Source: Octopus sinensis (Eukaryota). Taken from it: a stretch of 64,000 nt of DNA. A program made the position numbers and the translations under genes. The notes under the pieces were generated by a model. That model was not told where the DNA came from and made no database searches. It worked only from the letters and a program-made list of their open reading frames with translations. Shown one piece after another: positions 1 to 11,036 of the stretch (position 1 is its first letter; each line of letters starts with the position of its first letter). The stretch lies in NCBI RefSeq assembly GCF_006345805.1, contig NC_042998.1:207576001-207640000 (forward strand). The letters run 5' to 3'.

Positions 1-200
1 GTTTCTACAGCTGGATGCCCTTCCTAATGCCAACCACTCTGAGAGTGTAGTGGGTGCTTTTACATGCCACCGGCACGAGGGACAGTCAGGTGGTTCTGGC
101 AATGACCACACTCAAAAAGTGTTTTTTATGTGCTAGCTGCATGGGAGCCAGTCCGGTGACACTTGCAACGACCATGCTCGAATCTTACTTTTCACATGCC
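1..200 (-). mobile_element. RTE LINE 3' UTR fragment
   Basis: ctacagctggatgcccttcctaa..gtagtgggtgcttttacatgccac core, shared with 5491-6846. Confidence 0.8.
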
Positions 201-248
201 ACATGGAATTTTCATCAAACTGATATATAAACCTTTCTCTGTTGCCAG

Positions 249-352
249 GTTCTGTTTCCAAGAGTTTTCCAAAAGCCAAAACTAAAGAGGCGAAGAAAGC
301 ATTCTCAGCGGAATCTTTGGTAGGAATCGAAGACTATGTCAGTACAAAACAG
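249..352 (+). CDS. VWA3A: VWA3A-like internal exon A (..SVSKSFPKAKTKEAKKAFSAESLVGIEDYVSTKQ); gene continues upstream of the window
   Basis: Acceptor ctttctctgttgccag, donor CAG|gtaatg. Open frame ends in phase 0 and joins the next exon as ..STKQ-WLRRYSL, resembling the VWA3A S..W..KY.L motif. Confidence 0.75.
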
Positions 353-545
353 GTAATGACTGGTTTGTGGTATGTTATACACAATATATAAATATGTAAT
401 GCCACATGTAAAATACTCCATGTTGTATCACCACCACCAACCCATCATCTTTTAATGTCCGTTGTCCAAAATATAGCTATATTCTATGTTATATATATTG
501 TAATATATAACATTATATGTAAAATGTTATGTATTGTATGCTACA

Positions 546-588
<43 letters not shown>

Positions 589-714
589 ACATATCTATAT
601 AAATATATACATATCTATATAAATATATATATAAGTAAATAGGATAAAATATTTTTCGAGAAAAAAACTTTATCAATGGCCAGCATATCAAAAAATACCT
701 TTAAAGGTTAAATT

Positions 715-1100
715 TATAAATAATTTACAAAATAAGGGCAAAAGAAAAATTCTAATGCCAAATATGCTGAAAAAAAAAACAAAATTGTCAATAACCATTA
801 TAATTTATGCATCTCGAAACAAACCGATAGAAATTTCTAAAAAATCCGTTATTACCATATTGGTCCCAATTTCGGGGTTAATTCATAAGAATTTTCCCCT
901 CTTCAGCGATAAATATGTGAGATATAAATGAAATACTTACTCATACCCATGGAAAAAGCAAGCACTAAGCCCTGGCAGGAAATTTCTATCGGTTTGTTTC
1001 GAGACGCATAAATTATAATGGTTATTGACAATTTTGTCTTTTTTCCAGCATATTTGGCATTAGAATTTTTCTTTTGCCCTTATTTTGTAAATTATTTATA
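715..1100. mobile_element. Fold-back element (about 122-bp inverted arms 715-837 and 979-1100) with a hammerhead in the spacer; Penelope-like pLTR remnant
   Basis: Near-perfect reverse-complement arms, seen directly. Confidence 0.65.
852..912 (-). ncRNA. Type I hammerhead ribozyme candidate with intact core
   Basis: Minus strand reads UUAUCG-CUGAAGA-GGGG AA AAUUC UUAU GAAUU AA CCCC-GAAA-UUG GGAC CAA-UA^UGGUAA; stems I, II and III all pair. Confidence 0.75.
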
Positions 1101-1166
1101 TAAGTAAATATATATATATATATATATACATCTATCCCTTAGATGGTTTAAACACCTCTGACTTAC

Positions 1167-1199
<33 letters not shown>

Positions 1200-1202
<3 letters not shown>

Positions 1203-1848
1203 CCTTGGATCATAGGGCGACCTGTGTGCTTGAGGAAACCTATTGAGTCAAGTACATCAACATAAAATAAAAATCAATGGATATTGTAGTTGTGATACCT
1301 GTGCCAGTGGCATGTTGGGCCTCACACAGGCAATGATGAAAGACCGATACCTCTGAGATATGCTGTGACTGCTAAGACCCAACAAATGAAGTGAGTTCAT
1401 ACCTCGCAGGACGGCCTGCTGGGCTAACCTTGGATCGTAGGGTGACATGTTGTGCTTGTGGAGACCTATTGAGTCAAGTACATCAACATCAACATCAAAA
1501 TAAAAATCAAATGGAAATTGTAGTTGTGATACCCATGCCGGTGGCATGTAAAAAGCACCATTCGAACGAAGCACCACCTGACTGGCGTCTGTATCAGTGA
1601 CATGTAAAAAGCACCAACCGATCGCGACCGTTTGCCAGCCTTCCCTGGCCCCTGTGCCGGTGGCACGTAAAAAGCACCCACTACACTCATGGAGTGGTTG
1701 GCATTAGGAAGGGCATCCAGCTGTAGAAACACTGCCAGATCACATTGGGGCCTGGTGCAGCCTTCTGGATTCCCAGACCCTGGTCAAACAGTCCAACCCA
1801 TGCTAGCACGGAAAACGGACGTTAAATGATGATGATGATGATGATGAT
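1200..1848 (+). mobile_element. RTE LINE 3' end
   Basis: Same 3' UTR core and (GAT)n tail; degraded LGLT.AM ORF end near 1315. Confidence 0.8.
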
Positions 1849-1863
1849 ATATGTGTATATATA

Positions 1864-1902
<39 letters not shown>

Positions 1903-1959
1903 TCATGATGATGATGACTAACAACGATGATAGCAATATCAATGGTGACGACTATGAGA

Positions 1960-2005
<46 letters not shown>

Positions 2006-2310
2006 CAGTGATGAGGATGACCGATGAGGATGTTGATGATGATTATTATCATGATGATGACTCATGACAAAACGTATGACAATGCTGAACCTCTAAATTA
2101 CATGTACATCCATCCATGGGGCTTCCTCACAGTTTCCATCCCCTAATTTCATTCGACGTGCCAAAAAGGTGGTGAACAAGATTTCTTACCCCCACCCCCC
2201 CAGCCCTGCCTTCCTCCTATTTCACCAATGTTACGCATAGAATGTCTCCTTAAACTATTTCGTTCTGTTTTACTAATAATGGCTATCGGTACTTTTCTTT
2301 GGTTTTTTAG

Positions 2311-2429
2311 TGGTTACGTCGATACAGTTTGTCGAAACAAAAGCTGAATCTAAGCAAACTTCTCTCGACACCGGCCTGTAAACATGACGAAACGAACGTG
2401 AAAGTTCTTCACAGACAAGTCTCAGCAAA
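2311..2429 (+). CDS. VWA3A: VWA3A-like exon B (WLRRYSLSKQKLNLSKLLSTPACKHDETNVKVLHRQVSAK)
   Basis: ttttttag acceptor, AA|gtaagt donor, phase 0 to 2; joins exon C as SAK-YC as in VWA3A. Confidence 0.88.
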
Positions 2430-2502
2430 GTAAGTCGATTTCAATACGTTTCGGATTTTTAGAATAGATTTTTTTGGCGATCATTCGATACTTTTTTTTT
2501 TT

Positions 2503-2889
2503 GGAAGCACTCCGTCGATTACGACGATGAGGGTTCCGGTTGATCCAATCAACGGAACAGCCTGCTTGTGAAATTAACGTGTAAGTGGCTGAGCACTCCA
2601 CAGACACGTGCACCCTTAACGTAGTTCTCGGGGATATTCAGCGTGACACAGAGAGTGACAAGGCCGGCCCTTTGAAATACAGGTACAACAGAAACAGGAA
2701 GTAAGAGTGAGAGAAGTTGTGGTGAAAGAGTACAGTACAGCAGGGATCACCACCATCCCCGCCGGAGCCTCGTGGAGCTTTAGGTGTTTTTCGCTCAATA
2801 AACACTCACAACGCCCGGTCTGGAAATCGAAACCGCGATCCTATGACCGCGAGTCCGCTGCCCTAACCACTGGGCCATTGCGCCTCCAC
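2503..2889 (-). mobile_element. tRNA-derived SINE, family A
   Basis: A box TGGCCCAGTGG and B-box-like GGTTTCGAT; poly-A tail; TSD TCATTCGATACT. Confidence 0.85.
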
Positions 2890-4220
2890 TCATTCGATAC
2901 TAGTAAGATAACTGTCGCTTATAAACCCACGTGAGTTTATTTACATTTCTGAAGAAAAAAAGATACCCTTCCCCCACCCCTAATCATAACCCTAACCCCA
3001 CATATATAAAAAAATTAAAATTTTACGGAAAGTGACGATCTTCTTCTTCAAATGTAAACAAATACACGTGACGTAAACGGGACTCATATCGAAAGAATGC
3101 CGTTTTTTTTTCTTCTTTAACCCTTTTGATGCCAACCCACCTGAAACTGACCCCGGTTCTATGATGTTGTTGTGACGAAATTCAGGACACCCCCCTGTGA
3201 GAATAGACTGACCAAATGATTATAAATAGTAATGGTCTGAGTGTGATAGAGAGAGACTAATCGCAGGAAGTCATAAGGTAAAATCTTTATTATGATCATG
3301 AGATCGAACATCGAAAAGGACATAACAAGACAGACAAAGGCAAAAATGTTACGCGAGTTCGAATGAGACTTTTAAAAATTTAATCATATCTTTCTATATA
3401 TATAAAGCTGAAGTTGTCTGTGTATGGCAGGTTTGGTAGCCTTCAACTAACACTATCTCCTCCGAGACCCTGCGGCACAAGTTGACCAAAATTGAGAGTA
3501 TTTTGCCTTTAAAATATAATTATAATAATAAGTCGTTCTTCGAGAAGAACGGTGGTCTCCTTGGCAACGCTTACGACGTGTGTTTTCCCTACCCTCCCCT
3601 TCCCCACAGCTTCACGAGGGAGGGAAAGAAGGGGAGGAGCAAGACAGGTGCAGGTGCGAGCATGGACGCCGACACACGAAGAATTGGAAGAAACCAGACT
3701 ACAGCTTCACAGTCAACCACTACTACGGACAACTCTGCCACGACCACCACCAACTATGGCGAAAGAATGTATCTGGTGGACGCGCCTGAAAGGATTAGAG
3801 ACAAACACTTTCCTCTCTGGTCAATCTCTCATCAACTTCTTCAAGTATCACTAGCGAATGTTTTAAAAAAAAGATGGGTGAATGTAGCAAGGATGGCATG
3901 TATGAATGACGAAGCCATCTTGAGCATGATCCTATGAATGAAAAAAAGAAAGGAAAAAGAGAGACATTTACTGTAATATGACATTCTTGGCCAAGGTTAC
4001 CGTGGTGTTTCCGTAGGCTTTTCTTTTCACGGATAAACCTAATCTGTTTTCCCTTTTTACATTGACATTTATGTGAATTTGGTTGGGTTCCGCCTACCAA
4101 ATCCACTCACAAGGCTTTGGTCGGCCCGAGGCTATAGTAGAAGATACTATACGCCGTGGTACTGAACCCGGAACCTTGTGGTTGGTAAGCAAGCTACTTA
4201 CCACACAGCCACTCCTGCAC

Positions 4221-4627
4221 CTATATATATATATATATATATAAAACTGAAGTTGTCTGTGTATGCCGGGTTTGGTAGCCTACAACAAACACTATCTCCT
4301 CCGAGACCCTGCGGCACAAGTTGACCAAAATTGAGAGTATGATAGAAGAAGGCTTGCTCTTCCTTCCGTAGAAGAAAAAATTCAAATCGGACCATGTTAA
4401 CACCAAAAATTATTTACATCAAAATGGTGCTTCTTTTCTATGAAAATCCCTATTTTTTACGATTCTTTGACTGCTGTGTCGCCATTTTTCGGTGTATTTC
4501 AACCAGGAAAATGTTCACTTAAAGAGAATAACAAACTACATAATGCAAAATTTTTGCTTTTCAAAAATTCCAATTCTAAAGGGTCGAAAAGAAAACAAGC
4601 CCGAGCAAAGCTGGGCGATACTGCTAG
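4221..4627 (+). mobile_element. Non-autonomous Helitron-like element (copies at about 57025-57410 and a truncated copy at 3393-3500)
   Basis: 3' hairpin cccgagc-aaa-gctggg followed by CTAG|T; (TA)-rich 5' end; near-identical copy at 57 kb. Confidence 0.7.
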
Positions 4628-4806
4628 TATACAATAAACGAATAATTGGCTTACTTTTGCCTTTAAAACGAGAACTTTTGAATATTTATTTTAAAATAAA
4701 ATTATAGAACATAACATGATAATAAAAGGTAAAAAAAGTGTCAGGTTCCAAAATTGAACCCGGCAGTCTGAAAGGCCCAACAACTAATTTTTCCTTTCTT
4801 CGATGA

Positions 4807-5030
4807 TTAAGCTGGGTTCCTCACACCCACCTTTCTCATCACATCCTTCCATCGTTTTTCATATTCACTCGGTGGCAGGGTCTTCCTCTCCAACCCCATC
4901 TTGCTCTTCAGATGATATCTGAAGTAATATAGCAAATTGGGACCGGAAACGAAGGACACTGTCATGAAACCTTCCATTCTAGTCCCTCCATACACACTCT
5001 GTACACAACCGTACAGTAAAAACAAGCCTT
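4807..5030 (-). mobile_element. Possible L1/Tx1-like LINE C-terminal fragment
   Basis: ..LLYYFRYHLKSKMGLERKTL...EYEKRW resembles a Tx1-type ORF2 end; weak. Confidence 0.3.
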
Positions 5031-5240
5031 ACCTTCCTTTGTGGGTCCAGTTGGTGGTATCACCTTTATTATTGATCTGCAATAAGTCATAAGTTGTCGT
5101 TTTGGGAGTTTGTCAGAGTATCGCCTGTTTGTTTGTAGTTCGGGGAGAGTTTGGGTACAATTAGCGAACAGTGGTCCCGGTGCGCGCACTCTCAAATCTG
5201 CGCTAGCTAGTTGTAAGTTGTTGATCCTACAACGACTTTT

Positions 5241-5295
5241 TAACCCTAACCCTAAACCTAACCCTAATCCTAACCCTAAACCTAACCCTAACCTT
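5241..5295 (+). repeat. Short degenerate (TAACCC)n tract inside a dispersed repeat
   Basis: taaccctaaccctaaacctaaccc; flank 5150-5238 is the reverse complement of 7143-7225. Confidence 0.7.
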
Positions 5296-5490
5296 AGTTT
5301 ACTCTTTACTCTTTTACTCTTTTACTTGTTTCAGTCATTTGACTGCGGCCATGCTGGAGCACCGCCTTTAGTCAAGCAAATCGACCCCCTTACATATTCT
5401 ATCGGTCTCTTTTGCCGAACCGCTAAGTGACGGGGACGTAAACACACCAGCATCGCTAGGGGGACAAACACAGACACACAAACACATACG

Positions 5491-6846
5491 TCATCATCAT
5501 CATCATCATCGTCGTTTAACGTCCGTTCTCCATGCTAGCATGGGTTGGACGGTTCGACCGGGGATCTGGGAAGCCAGAAGGCTGCACCAGGCTCCAGTCT
5601 TATCTGGCAGTGTTTCTACAGCTGGATGCCCTTCCTAACGCCAACCACTCCGTGAGTGTAGTGGGTGCTTTTTACGTGCCACCTGCACAGGTGCCAGGCG
5701 AGGCTGGCAACGGCCACGGTCGGATTGGTGTATTTTATGTGCCACCGGCACGGAAGCCAGACGAGGCGGTGCTGGCATCGGCTACGAGTCGGATGGTGCT
5801 TTTTACGTACCACCAGACCAGGGATCCTGGCTGGTTCAATTCGATTTCGATTTCGCTTGCCCCAACATGTCTTCGCAAGCAAGGGGGTTGGCATGGGTGC
5901 CTGTTGTACGGTCAGATTGTGTATTTTACGTGCCACCGGCACGGAAGCCAGTGGAGGCGGCACTGGCAACGGCCACGAGTCGGATAGTGCTTTTTACGTA
6001 CCACCAGACCAGGGAACCTGGCTGGTTCGATTCGATTTCACTTGCCCCAACATGTCTTCGCAAGCAAGGGGGTTGGCATGGGTGCCTGTCGTACGGTCAG
6101 ATTGGTGTATTTTACGTGCCACCGGCACAGAAGCCAGTGGAGGCGGCGCTGGCATCGGCCACGAGTCGGATAGTGCTTTTTACGTACCACCAGACCAGGG
6201 ATCCTGGCTGGTTCAATTCGATTTTGACTTCGATTTCGATTTCGCTTGCCCCAACATGTCTTCGCAAGCAAAGCGGGGTTGGCATGGGTGCCTGTCGTCG
6301 GATGAGGTTCTATATCGACTTCGCTTGCCTCAACAGGTCTTTGTGTCCAAGGGAGGAAAGGCATTCATAAGTGGGCTGGGCTCACTTGTCCTGCCTGGTC
6401 TTCTCACGTACAGAATATTTCCAAAGGTCTCGGTCGCTGGTCATTTCCTCAGTGAGGCCTAAAGTTCGAAGGTCGTGCTTCACCACCTCGTCCCAGGTTT
6501 TCCTGGGTCTACTTCTTCCACGGGTTCCCTCAACTGCTAAGGATTGGCACTTTCTCACACACCTATCTTCATCCATTCTCGCCACATGACCATACCAGCG
6601 CAATCGTCTCTCTTGCACACTACAACTGATGCCTCTTAGGTACAACATTTCTCTCAAGGTGTTAACGCTCTGTCGAGTATGTACACTGACATTACACATC
6701 CATCGGAGCATACTGGCTTCATTCCTCACGAGCTTACGCATGTCCTCGGCAGTCACGGCCCATGTTTCACTGCCATGTAGCATGGCTGTTCGTACACACG
6801 CATCATACAGTCTGCCTTTTACTCTGAGCGAGAGGCCTTTAGTCAC
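5491..6846 (-). mobile_element. 5'-truncated RTE-clade LINE (ORF C-terminus plus modular 3' UTR plus (GAT)n tail), nested in a SINE
   Basis: KGRLYDACVRTAMLHGSETW..RLRWYGHVARM..RGRSRPRKTW at 6382-6846; the 3' UTR matches the most abundant repeat in the window. Confidence 0.9.
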
Positions 6847-7604
6847 ATGTATATATATATATACATGTATACGACAGGCTTCTTTCAGTTTCCGTCTACC
6901 AAATCCACTCACAAGGCATTGGTCGGCCCAAGATGCCACGCAGTGGGACTGAACCCGAAACCATGTGGTTGGTTAGCAAGCTACTTACCACACAGCCACT
7001 CCTGCGCCTAAAAATAATGTTTGTAAAAATAATTTATTTACTTAGTTTAAAAAATTATTTACTTTGCGTTTTATTTACTTTGTTGGAAAAATATTCTTTA
7101 ATTTTCTTTGATATGGATTCAGCCTTGAAATACAAACATACGCGCAAGTCGTTGTAAGATCGACTACTTACGACTAGCTAGCACGGATGCGCGTGTGCGT
7201 GCACCGGGACCACTGTTCGCTAGTAGTACCTATTTCTTTACTACCCACAAGGGGCTAAACATAGAGGGGACAAACAAGGACAGACATAGGTATTAAGTCA
7301 ATTACATCGACCCCAGTGCGTAACTGGTACTTAATTTACCGACCCCGAAGTGATGAAAGGCGAAGTCGACCTCGGCGGAATTTGAACTCAGAACATAATG
7401 ACAGACGAAATACGGCTACGCATTTCGCCCGGCGTGCTAACGGTTCTGCCAGCTCGCCGCCCCGATCCGCAGTAAGTCGTAAGGTGTCGTTTTGGTAGTT
7501 TGCCGGACTATTGTCAGTTTGTTTGTAGTTCGTTGGGTTGTTACGTTGGTGTTACTCTGCTTCGTTATATATTTTATCCTTACTACACGGTTATAGTGTA
7601 AACA

Positions 7605-7992
7605 GGTGGAGGCGCAATGGCCCAGTGGTTAGGGCAGCGGACTCGCAGTCGTAGGATCGCGGTTTCGATTCCCAGACCGGGCGTTGTGAGTGTTTATTGA
7701 GCGAAAACACCTAAAGCTCCACGAGGCTCCGGTAGGGGATGGTGGTGATCCCTGCTGTACTCTTTCACCACAACTTTCTCTCACTCTTACTTCCTGTTTC
7801 TGTTGTACCTGTATTTCAAAGGGCCGGCCTTGTCACTCTCTGTGTCACGCTGAATATCCCCGAGAACTACGTTAAGGGTACACGTGTCTGTGGAGTGCTC
7901 AGCCACTTACACGTTAATTTCACGAGCAGGCTGTTCCGTTGATTCGGATCAACCGGAACCCTCGTCGTCGTAACCGACGGAGTGCTTCCCTC
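7605..7992 (+). mobile_element. tRNA-derived SINE, family A (more decayed copies near 11505-11805, 19795-20115, 54285-54605, 57560-57870)
   Basis: Reverse-complement match to 2503-2889; A and B boxes. Confidence 0.85.
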
Positions 7993-8362
7993 CCTAAGTG
8001 TGAACAAGAATCATCATCGTAAATAGTGGCGATACAACAAATACAATCTTTATGGTTCAAAGATATCTTATTAAAACTTCTCATCAAAATTTCATGTTAA
8101 TTTAAGTTCCAAACGACAGCTTAATAATAACAAAGTTCCGTTGTGTCTGGGGAGAGCCAATCTCCTTTTGTGCCTTATAATTTAACACACACACTGGTAA
8201 AATTTCTACTCATTTACTTATTTTTCTAAAATTTTCGTTGTGTCTTGCAACCTTTTCAATAATTGTCAACAACTATTGGAAAGGTTCCTGCACTCGGATC
8301 CCTGGATTGTGTTACTATACTATTTTTTGTATTACTATACTAACTATTACCATATGTATGTA

Positions 8363-8718
8363 TTGGGCTTCACGGAGGCAAAGTGGTTGAGTTCCTTTCA
8401 AATATTGGGCCTCACAGAGGCAATGACTGAGACTTCTGGCATTGTTATGCTTGAAAAGAAGACCCATCAAGCCGAGCAAAGCCACAGTCATGGAAGATAC
8501 TGGTGTTACGCAAATGGCACCTGTGCCAGTGGCACGTAAAAGCACCCATTACACTCTCAGAGTGGTTGGCATCAGGAAGGGCATCCAGCTGTTGAAAACC
8601 CTGCCAAATCAGACTGGAGTCTGGCGCAGCCTTCCAGCATGCCAACCCAGTCAAACCGTCCAACCCATGCCAGCATGAACAATGGATGTTAAATGATGAT
8701 GATAATGATGATGATGAT
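8363..8718 (+). mobile_element. RTE LINE 3' end
   Basis: Core motif plus (GAT)n tail. Confidence 0.8.
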
Positions 8719-8937
8719 TAAATAGACTCCAAAGAGGCTGGTGTTATTCTGAGTCAGTAAGACTTGTGGTGAAATTGATGAAATGATTAAAGTGAATTCA
8801 CCATGACTAGTGGATGCTCCAATGTTTTTCCCCTGTCAACTTTTTCCTGAAGAAGGATTTTCTCTGAAACACTGGATTTCCCATTTGCTCAACTCTTTTG
8901 TTTTATTGATTGTAAGATAAATGTGTTTTCTTTATGA

Positions 8938-9618
8938 AATCTCAGAGCGAGATGTAAACAGTAACCGCTCAACAATGTAAAGTATAAAAGCCACCTCAAT
9001 ATGGCTAACCACAAAGTGGGGGTGTTACTTTCTGTGCCCTTGAAGTATTTGCAAAGGGAGGCCATCCCTTCCTCGTAAGCCTGAGTGACACGCACGGACC
9101 GGTTTCGAGATTATTGTCTCTTATCAACGGGCGGTAACCACCAGGTCACGATGAAAGACAAGGCCTGCTTTGCAAAAGAGTTTTTCTAGTGACATCTGCC
9201 AAGGGCACAGAAAGTGTGTCTAAAGCCAGCTGGAGACGATGATCTCCTGGGGCTAAAAAGCTACAGTAACACCCCCACTTTGTGGTTGGCCATGTTGAGA
9301 TGGCTTTTATACTTTACATTGTCGAGCGGTTACTGTTTACATCTCGCTCTGAGATTTAATAATGCTTACAGTCAGTTTTTCGAAATCAGTGGCAGACGTC
9401 ACTAGAAAATCTCTTATATATTTGCAAAGCAGGCCTTGTCTTTCATCGTGATAAGAGACAATAATCTCGAAACCGGTCCATGCGTATCACTCAGGCTTAC
9501 GAGGAAGGGATGGCCTCCCTTTTGCAAATACTTCAAGGGCACAGAAAGTGTGTCTAAAGCCAGCTGGAGACGATGATCTCCTGGGGCTAAAAAGCTACAG
9601 TAACACCCCCACTTTGTG
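8938..9618. mobile_element. Scrambled inverted/direct-repeat element (Penelope-like pLTR type)
   Basis: 8938-9028 is the reverse complement of about 9266-9356; 9028-9123 of 9450-9548; 9147-9200 of 9389-9451; 9198-9282 is directly repeated at 9534-9618. Confidence 0.7.
9091..9133 (-). ncRNA. Minimal hammerhead ribozyme candidate with U3-A8 variant core
   Basis: CGCCCG-UUGAUAA-GAGA CAAUAA UCUC-GAAA-CCGG-UC^CGUGCG; palindromic stem III, GUC triplet. Confidence 0.65.
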
Positions 9619-9635
9619 TTTTCTTTTCTTTTCAG

Positions 9636-9778
9636 ATATTGCAACATCTTCCCCAGTATCAATGTCAATGGCACTCTCAGACATCTTCAGCTCATGCCGC
9701 ATGAACTTAAAGAATACATTAAAAGACTGGAATGTGTCCTCAAACATTACCTTCATAGAATGCAATGGTTGCTCAGTG
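9636..9778 (+). CDS. VWA3A: VWA3A-like exon C (YCNIFPSINVNGTLRHLQLMPHELKEYIKRLECVLKHYLHRMQWLLSG)
   Basis: ttttcttttcag acceptor, G|gtaact donor; strong recalled similarity to VWA3A (..IFPS.....G..RH.Q..P.E...YI..LE.VL..Y..R.QWLLSG). Confidence 0.92.
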
Positions 9779-10219
9779 GTAACTTATTTCATCTTTCTTT
9801 TCCTCTCACCAATTATTCTATACCACCTACTCAATCTCTCTCTCTCTCTTTCACATTATCTTTCTCTTCCTTCCCTCTCTCTTTCCATCTCTTTCTCTTC
9901 CAGTTCTTGAATTTTCTTCTTCCTTCTCAAAAGCACCCACATAAAAAGCACCCAGTCCACTTTGTAAAGTGGTTGGCGTTAGGGAGGGCATCCAGCTGTA
10001 GAAACCATGCCAAAACAAAGGAGCCTGGTGCAGCCCTCTGGCCTACCTTTCTCCTTTCAAACTGTCCAACCGATATTGGCATTGGAAATGGACATTCAAT
10101 GATGATGTTGATCTTCTTAACATTCACTTTTCCACATTTGCATGGAATTCTATGGACGTACACTCTTCTGGTCACCAACTCTCACTTGTTTCCAATCAAG
10201 ATAATATTTGCCCACCATG

Positions 10220-10600
10220 GAAAATGCACCATCCGAATGTGGTTGATGCCAGTGCCCCCTGACTGGCTCCTGTGCCGGTGGCACAAAAACACCATCCGAA
10301 CATGGTCGAGGCCAGTGCTGTCTGACTGAATCCCATGTCGGTGGCATGTAAAAAGCACTATCTGAACGTGATTGATGCCAGGGCAGCCTGACTGGCTCCT
10401 GTGCCAGTGACACGTTAAAAAGCACCCACTACACTCTCAGAGTTGTTGGTGTTAGGAAGGGCATCCAGCTGTAGAAACCTTGCCAGATCAGATTGGAGCC
10501 TGGTGCAGCCTCTGGCTCACCAGTCCTCAGTCAAACCGCCCAACCCATGCCAGCATGGAAAGCAGACATTAAACGATGACAATGATGATGATGATGATGA
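10220..10600 (+). mobile_element. RTE LINE 3' end
   Basis: Modular ggcacgtaaaaagcacc units, core and tail. Confidence 0.8.
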
Positions 10601-10891
10601 TATACACATCTTCATCATTATCTTCATTTAACATCTGCTTTCCATGCTGGCATGGGTTGGACGGTTTGACAGGAGCTGGCCAACTGGAGAGCTGCCTGGG
10701 CTTCGTGTCTGATTTGCATGGTTTCTATGGCTGCATGTCCTTCCTAACGCTAACCACTTTACAAAGTGATGATGACGATGATGCTGATGATGATATGACC
10801 AGTTCCAATGTGATTCTATGAAGCATTCCTTTGAACCCTATTTCAAAATCTCTAATAAGACCCTTTTGTCTCTTTGTGCTCCCCTTTGCAG

Positions 10892-11036
10892 GCAGTCGAC
10901 GTGTCTTCGGAACGGTCATTCACAAACAGTCAACGGTTCTCATTGATACGTCTGGCTCAATGAATCGCTACTTGGACGAACTGAAGAAAGAACTGACCAG
11001 TCTTGTCTGGGAACAGCTGTATAAGAATAAGGCACC
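10892..11036 (+). CDS. VWA3A: VWA3A-like exon D, start of vWA domain (SRRVFGTVIHKQSTVLIDTSGSMNRYLDELKKELTSLVWEQLYKNKAP)
   Basis: tttgcag acceptor, CC|gtaagt donor; MIDAS DxSxS motif (DTSGS); phases match the neighbouring exons. Confidence 0.93.

Noticed and set aside
3167-3940. Possible LTR remnant, or the 151-aa ORF at 3482-3937
   Set aside because: The ORF begins inside a Helitron-like fragment and has no recognisable domain; only one LTR-like terminus is seen.
5241-5295. Interstitial telomere or chromosome fusion site
   Set aside because: Short, degenerate, single orientation and embedded in a dispersed repeat.
5650-6260. Repeat-spacer pattern in LINE UTRs as CRISPR
   Set aside because: The spacers are homologous to each other and the array is part of a retrotransposon 3' UTR.
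7605-7685. tRNA gene
   Set aside because: A and B boxes are present, but there is no complete cloverleaf and it continues into a SINE body repeated many times.
8845-8880. CUGAAGA..GAAA hammerhead-like spacing (similar at about 32172-32210)
   Set aside because: Stems I and III cannot be formed convincingly; at best heavily decayed.
9779-10329. Extension of the 237-aa ORF beyond exon C
   Set aside because: Read-through into intron CT repeats and LINE UTR; VWA3A similarity stops at the donor.
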